A stretch of 63,942 bases of DNA, counting the filler, from Octopus bimaculoides (Eukaryota), in assembly GCF_001194135.2 (NCBI RefSeq). It is 5 parts of 5 records of this genome, joined end to end, with 100 filler letters (N's around TTAATTAATTAA, not from the genome) between each part and the next. Parts side by side here need not be neighbours in the genome. Positions count along the whole stretch, not along the records: positions 31,732 to 58,733 come from NC_068981.1; positions 58,834 to 62,778 come from NC_068983.1; positions 62,879 to 63,942 come from NW_026431847.1; 2 more parts are not named here. One strand, written 5' to 3'. Below, one piece after another: positions 52,900 through 63,942 of this stretch; the stretch's first letter is position 1; each line of letters starts with the position of its first letter. The notes beneath the pieces were generated by a model, which saw only the letters and a list, made by a program, of their open reading frames with translations, ran no database searches and was not told the origin of the DNA. Position numbers and translations under genes: made by a program.

Positions 52900-53560
52900 T
52901 CTGTTGTGGGTCTTACTTGAGCTTTGTATAAAATTAGTTACTTTTGGGAGCTGAAGTATTTTCTGGCCCTGGAAAAGAAGTGCAGTCTTTGTAATGCCTA
53001 CCAGTGAGGACCATAGGAAAACAGGTTTTTACATTTTCTTTGTGAAAGATGATCATCAAGGAGGGAGAAGTGTTTAAACTATCAGATAATGTGGTTGTTA
53101 ATAACTACTTTCTCTACTTGGAATGAGATGGTGGAAGTGAGAGTAACAAGTAGATAGTCAACTGGGGGTCAGCCATTTTATGCATTTTAGAAAATCAGAA
53201 TAGTTCCCTGTAGTGAGAGTAAGGAAGAAGAATTTCACAATGATATGGGCTGGCCCTAAAGTAATGGAAGTGTCACTGGAAGGGTCACTTTGAAGTAACT
53301 GGAGGTACTTTTGTACTTATTTGTATGTGCTGATGAATCTAAAGTAGTGGAGAGAGATAGTTTAGAAAAATTTTAACTAGGATAGGTAGTGCTGAGTTGG
53401 AAGCAAATGTGAAGGCTTTCTCCATAGAAGTACTGCTTTTAGAGCCAACATGGTTGAGAAGTGACAGGAAAGACCATTTTGTGAAATCAAAAGGATCAGC
53501 TACAGCTTGAGAGGTAGGAGAAATTGTGGGCTGCATGATGCAGGGATTTTCTTTGAATTT
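52900..53560 (-). mobile_element. Highly degenerate Penelope-like RT fragment
   Basis: LPKI../ENPCIMQPTIS resembles LPKIHK..PMRPIVS, with a downstream MADP resembling MGSP. Many stops and frameshifts. Confidence 0.35.
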
Positions 53561-53956
53561 TGGGCAGGAGAGTTAGCAGGTTGTTCAAAAGGTAGCATAT
53601 TTTGTATTTTGCAGGTTATACATCCTTATTTATCCTTATTAATCATGACTTGTATCTTTGAAATTTGATGCCAGAAAAGTTTCAAAATACTTTGTTCCAA
53701 TACGTTTTAATATATTTCAATTTTTTGTTGACTAAACAGAATTTTTATGCATTTGTGTTTGTTAGCATGCAAATATCAGGTTGAGTAAAAAGTAAGCAAC
53801 GTTTTGAAGCATGAAGAATTTGTACCGGATTTTTTGCAGTTTTAAATTTTTTAAAAACATTTTTGTGCAATTGTCTGATAATATAGACATAGACTTGCCC
53901 AAATGCTTCAATAAATTAATATTGATATTTATTTCGCTGTTGTTACAATTATCAGA

Positions 53957-54190
53957 AACGGAACTGTCAAAATGCGATATTCAAGCAGTTTTGTTATTCA
54001 ACTTCAAAAATGAACATAAAACAGCTGAAACTGCTCGTGATATCAATGAAACATTTTCTGAGGAAATGATCAGTGAGTGGTCAGCTCAAAAATGGTTTAA
54101 AAAATTTCACAGTGGAGACCTGAGCCTTGAAGATTGTGAGCATAGTGAACACCCATCTGTCATTGATGATGGTCAATTAAAGACCATCCA
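53957..54190 (+). mobile_element. Mariner transposase N-terminal HTH fragment
   Basis: ELSKCDIQAVLLFNFKNEHKTAETARDINETF...AQKWFKKFHSGDLSLED. Confidence 0.8.
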
Positions 54191-54261
54191 CATAAAACCA
54201 CTCTATATCTCTAATGCAGCAAGGGTATACTCTCTTCAAACAAAGATTATATGATGCTTAC

Positions 54262-54455
54262 CACCATGCAGTATTAGGTGAGATGCTGCATGGTGGTTAG
54301 ATGTGGGGCATTGAATGCAGAGGATGTGCAGGGCTTGAAAAAAATGGAGCATGCTTTGCTGGATGTATGATATTAGTATGATTGAATGAAGCACAGATGA
54401 GATGGGAGGGAAACTGGGTACAAGAGGTATCAGATATACTGTACAAGAGAGATGA
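54262..54455 (+). mobile_element. RTE LINE fragment
   Basis: MLHGG*MWALNAEDVQGL...KLGTRGIRYTVQER. Confidence 0.6.
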
Positions 54456-54664
54456 CTGAGTATATAAAGGGGGTGGGGTGGGGCTATTGGGTAGCAATGA
54501 TATAACGAACAGGGCTGGGAAAACAGGATTGGTGGGTGCGAGATAACCGTAGTGCATGAAAGTGATGTGAGGAAGAGAAGAGATGTAGTTTGGTTTGTTG
54601 GGGTGGGGTGTGTGACAAGTTTTCTTGTTATATGTAGGTGGAATGCACAGCTCTTCAAGAACTC

Positions 54665-54930
54665 AATATCAGTGATATGGGCAGGTCTTCTCAAGAACCT
54701 CATGTCACCAGACATCTTGGTCCATTGTCATTTCCTCTGTGAGACCTAACATCCTGAGATTGGTCCTTACCACTTCATCCTATGTCTTCTTGGGACTTCC
54801 ACTTTCAGTGATCGGCACTTTTTATACAGTTGTCTTCATTCATATACCTGACATGTCCAAACCAACATAGTCCTCTCTCTTGCATGCTGCATTTGATTCC
54901 TCTTATGCCCACTTTTCTCTTAATGCATTT
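54665..54930 (-). mobile_element. RTE LINE 3' fragment
   Basis: LREKW...GSPKKT*DEVVRTNLRMLGLTEEMTMDQDVW...VLEKT. Confidence 0.65.
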
Positions 54931-54970
54931 GCATTTTGTTGTACATGTACAAATGATTGAAACAGGTAAA

Positions 54971-55007
<37 letters not shown>

Positions 55008-55289
55008 TCTTTTACTTGTTTAAGCCATTTGACTGCGGCCATGCTGGAGCTCCACCTTGCAGAGTTCTTTAGTCAAACAAATCGACACCAGGACTTATCT
55101 ATTAAGCTTAGTACTTATTCTATTGATCTCTTTTGCCAAACCACTAAGTTATGGGGATATAAACCACTGGTTGTCAAGCGGTGATTGGGGAACACACGCA
55201 GACACATACACACACACATATATACGACAGGCTTCTTTCAATTTCCCTCTACAAAATCCACTCACAAGGCTTTGGCACATCATTTAATA

Positions 55290-57010
55290 TCAGTTTTTAA
55301 TAACCCATCCTTATGACTGACATCGGTATACTTAGCAAAAATATTCTACATAAATATATTCCTACCTTAGTTAAAAAATTAAAGCTTAATTTATAGTCTG
55401 ATTTGTTCCAAGTAGTTGACTGGTTTAATTCTATTAATAGCAAGAAGTGCACTACGTTTATCCAGTTTGACATTTCTAGTTTCTATTCCTCTGTCAACCC
55501 AATCGTACTTAACAAGGCACTCTGGCTCACTCACTACAAAGCAGGTCTCACCAGGGATGAAATTAATGTCATGTTAGCTGCCAGAAAATCTATTGTTAAA
55601 TTCGATAACAAGCTATGGGTTCAGAAAGATACACCCGACAGTTTTGATGTCATGATGGGAAGTTCTGATTTAGCACAAATCGCTGATTTGGTCGGTATAT
55701 ATATTCTTTACGAGATGACTGACCAATTCCCAAACGTCAGTGGAGGTCTATATCATGATGATTGTCTACTCTACCTTCAAAATGCTTCTAACCAAAAATT
55801 ACAAAGGGTTAAGAATAGCTTAGTTAAATTTTTCTGAAACATGGGCTTAAGCATTGTTTTTGACGATGATATAACTAAAGCCAACTTTTTGGATATTACC
55901 CTTAATTTGCATAATGATTCATATTTCCCATATCATAAACCCTCAACTAATTTAAAATACATTAGGTCTTTTGGAAATTACTCTAAGGCTATTACAGAGA
56001 ATTTAGTTAGGAATATTTCAGACTTTCTAGATTATTTGCTAATGTTGATATCTTCACCGATAAAGCTGAATTTTATAACTCTGCATTACTTAAAGCAGGC
56101 TATAAAGAAAAATTACCTATATTAACCATATTGACATTAATTCTACCTCTATTAATGAGGACATGAAATCAAGTCATAACGATATTAATTTTATTTCGAA
56201 TAACAATACCAAATCGAGTATTGTAATTCTGCAGCATAAGGGAGATAACCATTATTAAGACCCTTTTTTCATTATGAAGGTACATCGAGGACTTTTAAAG
56301 CTAATTACCCTAATAACAAGGTATGTCCTAGCAAAACTGTTTGGTTAATAATTCCGTATGGTAAGATCAAATCCAACCTCCCTTACCAGTTTTGTGAAGC
56401 TATAGAAAAGAATTTCCCAAGAAATTCAAGATACTATTCGATTATTAATTCACACCAAGTCAGGATAGATTTTTCTAACATAAAAAATCTTTCACAAATC
56501 ATCTCTTTCCATAATAAGTTGTTAAATACAAATCCACTTAGTGAAAATACTAACATTGATTTTGTTAAAACTAACCATTCTTTGAATAATAATAACAGCA
56601 AGGTTATTGTTTCTGAAGTTGACTCCAATTGCATTCGTTTTCTTAGCAGTAATTCAAAGACTAGAAACTCTATTTTATTTATCAATGTAAAATTACTTCC
56701 AGTTCTGACGTCTTTTTTTATATAGATAGTTCTTCATCTCAGTTGTCCAAAAGAATATCTAATCATTACTCATTTAGACATATCAATAAACGTAACTATA
56801 CTGGGCTTAGTAAATTAATCTGGTATCTAAAGGGTCATAATAAACAATTTGATTTGGAATGAAATATTCTCTCTCTATCTTTTCCATATGATGAAGGTAA
56901 ATCTTTTTGTCTACTTTGTAACAGTGAGATGTACTTAATCCTGTTTTGTAAACACGTTTATAGAGTGCATTTATTGTTGCAAACATTGGCAGAAACATAC
57001 CTGTAGTTCC
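55290..57010 (+). mobile_element. Near-complete Penelope-like pol pseudogene (RT plus GIY-YIG)
   Basis: FIQFDISSFY, FDVMMGSSDLAQIADLVG, GLYHDD (degenerate YxDD), ANFLDITLNL..YHKP, linker WLIIPY...FPRN..YYSIIN, LSKLIWYLK, FCLLCNSE. Stop at 55835-55837 and frameshifts. Confidence 0.9.
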
Positions 57011-57803
57011 TATAAGTAATTTCTACCATTCTATAAAATTCAACCTTTGACTGTCTTCTTACATTTCACTTTCACTAAATATATCTACTTCCATGCCTTT
57101 AAGCTTTATTCTAATTCACCTATTGCTCTATACCTCTCCACTATTAGTTTTCTGCTAATTTCTTTCTTTCTCCTCCTCCTCTATAAACTACCTTGATGTA
57201 TCTACTAACGTTTTTTTTTTAAAAGCTAGCTAGCATTCCCTTCATCATATACACAGTCGTCACATTCTGTTAAAATGCCTTATTGATGTGTTTGGNNNNN
57301 NNNNNNNNNNNNNNNNNNNNNNNNNNNNNNNNNNNNNNNNNNNNNNNNNNNNNNNNNNNNNNNNNNNNNNNNNNNNNNNNNNNNNNNNNNNNNNNNNNNN
57401 NNNNNNNNNNNNNNNNNNNNNNNNNNNNNNNNNNNNNNNNNNNNNNNNNNNTATATATATGATTATTACAAATAAAAGGGTAAAGGAATATTAATTTATC
57501 AATAAATTAATAATTTTTACCAAGCACTTCAGTATGTAAACACCATTATCGGTGAAGAACTTATTTAAAAGTTCTTATAAATTTATAAACATAATTAAGG
57601 GATCAGCAACAGTTGCTTCACCACATACCGAAGTTCAGGAATAGCAGCTAAAGTGCTAAAATTCCAACAGATAGCAGTACTTGTAACTCACAAAGGCAAA
57701 ACAAGAAGAAAAAACAACGAAACTAACCAGTCTTAGTTAATCATAGACGCGTTTCTGGATTAGANNNNNNNNNNAAAACAACGAAACTAACCAGTCTTAG
57801 TTA

Positions 57804-57863
57804 ATCATAGACGCGTTTCTGGATTAGAATGGTAAAAACCTTCATTTCTGTCATCAGTATGAT
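57804..57863 (-). ncRNA. Minimal type I hammerhead motif, left arm of palindrome
   Basis: Minus strand ATCATA-CTGATGA-(31 nt)-GAA-ACGCGT-C-TATGAT. Stem I is 6 bp and stem III is the palindromic ACGCGU typical of PLE HHRs; the stem II closing pair is non-canonical (C-A). Confidence 0.6.
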
Positions 57864-57911
57864 ATTCTAGTTTGCATAATTGCCTGCATATGCAGACCTG
57901 CAAACTAGAAT

Positions 57912-57971
57912 ATCATACTGATGACAGAAATGAAGGTTTTTACCATTCTAATCCAGAAATGCGTCTATGAT
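57912..57971 (+). ncRNA. Minimal type I hammerhead motif, right arm of palindrome
   Basis: Inverted copy of 57804-57863, with GAAATGCGTC (C>T) in stem III. Confidence 0.5.
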
Positions 57972-58015
57972 TAACTAAGACTGGTTAGTTTCGTTGCTTT
58001 TCTTCTTGTTTTGCC

Positions 58016-58547
58016 ATTAAAAGAAGCGGGATATAACTAGATATAAATTTTTAAAATTATTATGAGCACCTTAATAATATAAGAGGTAATCCTAGTAATA
58101 ATTCTAACAGCAAAAATATGAATAATAATAAAAGACAATGTAAGAAACTAAATAAAGATAAAAACAATATAGTTATTATTAATGATTACAATAATAATAG
58201 TAATATTGATAATGAGAATATGATCTATAGTAAAAGCATAGTAAATTACACAAGCAGAGATATAATACACCTAAGAATAACACTTTAATACTGATGATGT
58301 CTAATACTGATAATATAAAAAATATAAAGAATAAAAAGGATATTATATTGTTAATTATTCTGTATGGGGCACAAGTGATGACTAATATTATTAAGGAGAT
58401 GCTTAAAATTGTAAAAATGTCGTTTAATAAGGACAACATTTATTCAAATATATTTCCCAGTAAAACCTTAAGAGTGGGCTACTCAACATCCAGGAATGTA
58501 GGTAATATTTCCTCTATAAATAATAAGAAATTAAATAATTATTATAA
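58016..58547 (+). mobile_element. Penelope-like linker fragment
   Basis: KKDIILLIILYGAQV..IIKEMLKIVK..F...IFPSKTLRVGYSTSRNVGNISSINNKKLN resembles the PLE RT-endonuclease linker. Confidence 0.6.
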
Positions 58548-59400
58548 TAGGAGTGGCTGTGTGGTAAGTAACTTGCTTACAAACCACATAGTTCTGGGCT
58601 CAGTCCCACTGCATGGCACCTTGGGCAAGTGTTTTCTACTATAGCCTTGGGTCGACCAAAGCCTTGTGAGTGGACTTGGTAGATAGAAACTGAAAGAAGC
58701 CTGTCGTATATATATATATATATATATATATATNNNNNNNNNNNNNNNNNNNNNNNNNNNNNNNNNNNNNNNNNNNNTTAATTAATTAANNNNNNNNNNN
58801 NNNNNNNNNNNNNNNNNNNNNNNNNNNNNNNNNTATATATATAATTAATTTATTCATACAGTTTTCTAGGAGCAAATATATGTTTAGTCACCCATAAACC
58901 CATATGCAATCTCACACGCATTTGCGTGCGAAATATATATATGTGCGTGTGTGCGTTTTTGCCCGTGTGTGTGTCTGTGTGTCTGTGTGTGCATGCAGCA
59001 GAAAACACGAAATGGCGACCAAGAGAGGGGTTAATCTTTAAGAAAATGAATGCGCTATATATAACATAACAATAATAAACTCATTCTCTTTCGTCAGACG
59101 TCTTCGCGCGTGTTGCTTGTGTGTATGTGATTTTGGAATATGTATGTAGAACTAACGCAGCTGAATTGCTACATACATACATACATACTCATACATACAT
59201 ACTCATACATACATATAATTTTAGCAGAATCGTTAGCATGCCGGGCAAAATGCTTGGCGGCATTTCGTCTGTCTTCATGTTCTGAGTTCAAATTCCGCTT
59301 AGGATGACCTTGCTTTTCGTCATTTCGGGGTCGACAAAATAAATACTAATCAAGCACTAGCATCGATATAATCTACTAGTCCTTGCCTAAAGTAGAATAG

Positions 59401-59439
<39 letters not shown>

Positions 59440-60104
59440 CGTCAATTTTTTTATTAAATGACTCATGGGCCGAGAGTTTCGTTCATTGACATTTATCAAA
59501 CTGGTTTGAAATCAAAGAGATTTCTGGTTGTAATACCAGTACCCGAAACTTTTAGCCCTTGAGCAACTCTGTAACTTTTGCCGATTATGAAACAATGATT
59601 TCAAATTTTGGTGCAAAGCCAGCACTTTTAGGAGGAAAGGGTCTCCGATATCATCCATGCTAGTGCTTGATTGGTACTTGTTTTATCGACCCCGAAATTA
59701 TAAAAGTGAAGGCGCCCTCGGAGCTTAAGGTCAGAGCTACTTTCACCGATTACGAAACAATCGTTTCAATTTTTGGCACAAGGCCAGCAATTCCGGAGAA
59801 GCGGGGTGGGTAAGCCTATTACATCGAACCCAGTGCTAAATTGGTACATATTTTATCGACCTCGGGAGAGATGAAAGGCAAAGTCGACCTCGGTGGAAAT
59901 TGAACTCAGATCGTAAAGACGGTCGAAATGCTGTAAAGCATTTAGCCCAAGGTTCTAAGAATTCTGAATGATGGAGAAATATATATACTTATGCTTTTGG
60001 GTTCTAGATTACGGTTTGCATCACCAAACCAATATACAAGCTTACCTCAACTTACGTCAGTAATTGGTACTAGGACATGCGGCTTTACTCGAAAGCAAAG
60101 TAAT

Positions 60105-60507
60105 TCTTTTATTCTTTTATTTGTTTCAGTCATTTGACTGCGGCCATGCTGGAGCACCACCTTTAGTCGTACAAATCGACCCCAGGACTTATTCTTTTAA
60201 AAAGCCTAGTATTTATTCTATCATTTTTTTTTTGTTTCTTTTTTTTGCCGAACCGCTAAGGTACGCGGGGAACGTAAACACTCCAACATCGGTTGTCAAG
60301 CGATGGTGGGGGAACAAACACAGACACAAAAACACAAACACACACACATATATACGATAAGCTTCTTTTAGTTTCCGTCTACCAAATCCCCTCGCAAGGC
60401 TTTGGTCAGGTATAGTAGAAGACACTTGTCCAGGTGCCACGCAGTGGGACTGAACCCGGAACCATGTGGCTGGGAAGCAAGCTACTTACCACACAGCCAT
60501 ACCTGCG
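60105..60507 (-). mobile_element. tRNA-derived SINE with internal microsatellite (family 2), full length
   Basis: Head GTGGTAAGTAGCTTGCTT...GGTTCCGGGTTCAGTCCC and tail ...GCATGGCCGCAGTCAAATGACTGAAAC. Other copies at about 21935-22615(-), 24252-24418(+), 30118-30935(-), 42108-42250(+), 55003-55273(-), 58551-58708(+), 61948-62272(-), 62640-62770(+). Confidence 0.85.
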
Positions 60508-61346
60508 CCAATATGTAAAAACATTTAAGAAAATTTATTAGCTTACGTCCGATTTAATAAATAGTTTGAAAATATTTTCACAAGTATTTTACTTGATTTT
60601 TCCACTTCAGTATTGCTTTTTAAGTGAGTTTTTTTTTTAATAAAATTTTTGTGCGTAGAGTCGAATAAATCGACTGAAGTTGAGATTTAATTTTTTTTTT
60701 CTNNNNNNNNNNNNNNNNNNNNNNNNNNNNNNNNNNNNNNNNNNNNNNNNNNNNNNNNNNNNNNNNNNNNNNNNNNNNNNNNNNNNNNNNNNNNNNNNNN
60801 NNNNNNNNNNNNNNNNNNNNNNNNNNNNNNNNNNNNNNNNNNNNNNNNNNNNNNNNNNNNNNNNNNNNNNNNNNNNNNNNNNNNNNNNNNNNNNNNNNNN
60901 NNNNNNNNNNNNNNNNNNNNNNNNNNNNNNNNNNNNNNNNNNNNNNNNNNNNNNNNNNNNNNNNNNNNNNNNNNNNNNNNNNNNNNNNNNNNNNNNNNNN
61001 NNNNNNNNNNNNNNNNNNNNNNNNNNNNNNNNNNNNNNNNNNNNNNNNNNNNNNNNNNNNNNNNNNNNNNNNNNNNNNNNNNNNNNNNNNNNNNNNNNNN
61101 NNNNNNNNNNNNNNNNNNNNNNNNNNNNNNNNNNNNNNNNNNNNNNNNNNNNNNNNNNNNNNNNNNNNNNNNNNNNNNNNNNNNNNNNNNNNNNNNNNNN
61201 NNNNNNNNNNNNNNNNNNNNNNNNNNNNNNNNNNNNNNNNNNNNNNNNNNNNNNNNNNNNNNNNNNNNNNNNNNNNNNNNNNNNNNNNNNNNNNNNNNNN
61301 NNNNNNNNNNNNNNNNNNNNNNNNNNNNNNNNNNNNNNNNNNNNNN

Positions 61347-61388
<42 letters not shown>

Positions 61389-61732
61389 TTACATAATATA
61401 TACATAAATAAATACATACGTAAATACATACATACGCGCACACAAACAGACTTTTATGAACATATCAGACTTTCTAGGCTAATAATAAAGTAATACATTT
61501 AAATGGACTGCAGAGAAGAATGCGCTGGTAATCAGATGGGAGCGGTGGCAGCGGAGGGGTTATTTCGTTTGTCAGGAGGGAATCAGTCCAGCGCAATACA
61601 CGTTGTTTCTGTGACTGCTCACACGCATCTATGTATGTATGTATGTATGTATGTATGTATGTATGTATGTATGTATGTATGCATGAACACATGTATTAAT
61701 ATATGCATGTTTGTGTATGAACACACACACAC

Positions 61733-61807
<75 letters not shown>

Positions 61808-62487
61808 CATACATACATACATACATACATTTAGTTACATACATATAAATACATATATGTGTGCATTTATACATACACACAGATAAATATGCATATATGT
61901 GTATTTGTATAAACATGTATATTTAAATACGTGTGCGTCGTCACATGTACTCTTTTACTCTCTTACTTGTTTCAGTCATTTGACTGCGGCCATGCTGGAG
62001 CACCGCTTTTAGTCGAGCAAATCGACCCCAGAACTTATTCTTTATAAGCCTAATATTTATTCTATCGGTGAACTATTCTCGAACCGCTAAGTTAGGGGGA
62101 CGTAAACACACCAAGCGATCTAGGGGTGGGAGACAAACACAGACACACAAACATATATACACGCACATACATATACATATATATATAAAACGAGCTTCTT
62201 TCAGTTTCCGTTTACCAAATCCACTCACAAGGCTGTGGTTGGCCCGAGGCTATAGTAAAAGACACTTGCCCATGTTTTTGAATATATGTGTGTATATATG
62301 TATGATTGTATTTATGTATGTATAATTGAATATATATACCTATCTAATCAACTAAGACTCCACTGCATCTTATTGCAGAAACAGATGGAACGTGAGCATC
62401 TCCTCTACTGTGTATTCTCTCTTACTTATCTATCCATGCACACACGCATATATATGCATATAAACAAATACACACGCACACAAACAC

Positions 62488-62518
<31 letters not shown>

Positions 62519-62592
62519 TATATATATATATATATAAATATATATCTCTCTCTCTATATATATACATACACACACACACTCACACACACACA

Positions 62593-62631
<39 letters not shown>

Positions 62632-63607
62632 GCACAGGTATGGTGTGTGGTAAGGAACTTCTTTCCTAACCTCATGGTTCCAGGTTCAGTCCCACTGCGT
62701 AGCAATTTGGGTGTCTTCTACTATAGTCTAGGGCCGACTAAATCCTTGGTGTATATATACCCGTCGTATATATATATANNNNNNNNNNNNNNNNNNNNNN
62801 NNNNNNNNNNNNNNNNNNNNNNTTAATTAATTAANNNNNNNNNNNNNNNNNNNNNNNNNNNNNNNNNNNNNNNNNNNNACAGACGAGGACAGGTGGTGTA
62901 AATAACAAAAGGATGTATTAGTATGACTGGGACTAAATGCGTTTTATGTAAAAAAAGAAAAACATCTCCGTAGTTGAACCTGATATCTATAATATTTTAA
63001 ATGATAACCAAAATATTTTTCAATTTAGATTACTAGCGATAGATTCGTCATTCAACGTACATATTGGTCAATTTTTAACGTAAACTGGAATTATTAATTA
63101 ATTATAATCTTTATTAATAATTCAAACGAAGTATCGTATATTTCTTAGACATGTAACATATACATGTGATTTTCAGCATTTCTGTACTACGAATTAATTG
63201 TCTTTCAGTAGAATAGTTGTATATGCAGTAATTCTCTGCAGTTTGATGCCGTTTAGAAGCCATTGAATATTAAAAAAAAATATCAAAACTGAGTAGGAAA
63301 TATAGAAGCAGAAAGACTAAGTCATATAATTCTTCATTTTAAGAAACATAACACAGAAGATGGCGAGTTGGCAGACTCGTTTGCACACCGAGCAAAATAC
63401 TTAGCGGTATTTTCTCCGTCTTTACGCTCTGAGTTCAAATTCCTCCGATGTCGACTTGGCTTTTCGCCCTGGAGTCGATAAAATAAGTACCAGTTGATTA
63501 TATCGACACTAAAGTACCAGTTGAACACTAGTGTCGATATAATCAACTTTTATCCCTCCCCCGAAATCACTAGCCTTGTGCAAAAGTTTGAAACCAATAT
63601 ATATATA

Positions 63608-63850
63608 TATACTGGATCATCCCATAAATAATGTGTTTTTTTCAGTTGTGTGAATAAATGCGAAGTCATCGATGATCTGAGTGTATCTGCGTCCACAGGG
63701 AGTTTGTCTCCCTTGTCAGTTCATTACGATAGTGCTTTTGTTGGCTATTGAGTTGTTTTGACTCTTATTTCTAGCAATACTGGTGTTCATGAATGCCCTT
63801 GTTCACTTTAGTGACGTATATATTTTTGCCTTTAAGTTGTAAAATTGCGA
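63608..63850 (+). mobile_element. Possible mariner-family 5' end
   Basis: TACTGGATCATCCCATAAATAATG resembles the TIRs at 37711 and 48475-48498. Confidence 0.35.
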
Positions 63851-63942
63851 AACATATTATATACATACACACACATGCATACATATATGCATACACACAT
63901 ACATACATATATACATACATACACACACGCATACACACACAC

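Larger units (their letters stand above)
57695..58015. repeat. Long near-perfect inverted repeat (about 117 bp arms, 22 nt loop), PLE pLTR-like
   Basis: Right arm 57899-58015 is the reverse complement of the left arm with about 2 mismatches once the gap-overlap duplication at 57715-57764 is discounted. Loop is 57877-57898. Confidence 0.9.

Noticed and set aside
57715-57828. About 50-bp direct duplication in the palindrome's left arm
   Set aside because: Same 10-N overlap artefact.

Overview
Eukaryotic, AT-rich, repeat-dense draft-assembly DNA with many N gaps. The repeat landscape (tRNA-derived SINEs, RTE LINEs, Penelope-like elements, abundant microsatellites) resembles an octopus/coleoid genome; this is recognition and inference, not a database result. 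The only host gene I can support is an axonemal outer-arm beta-type dynein heavy chain (DNAH9/11/17 group) on the + strand. It appears as four GT-AG exons (32248-32466, 40520-40657, 42824-43057, 51220-51512) that splice in frame and encode the end of the linker up to the start of AAA1. The neighbouring exons are not visible, so the rest of the window is probably very large introns. These contain Penelope-like element (PLE) fragments of several lineages, RTE fragments, mariner and maT-like Tc1/mariner copies, a full-length Chapaev3-like transposon, Merlin-like and hAT-like MITEs, and a complete non-coding LTR element. The most notable signals are: (1) hammerhead ribozyme (HHR) motifs of four unrelated sequence families, including one intact-looking sense-strand copy, one inside a tRNA-headed SINE-like element, and a pair in a fold-back palindrome; (2) a TRIM/LARD-like LTR element with a triplicated, over-long tRNA-Trp primer-binding site; (3) a PLE with a twin-priming-like 5' inversion; (4) several locally templated insertions. 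Most entries in the supplied ORF track are microsatellite or N-gap artefacts. Boundaries of old repeats are approximate.
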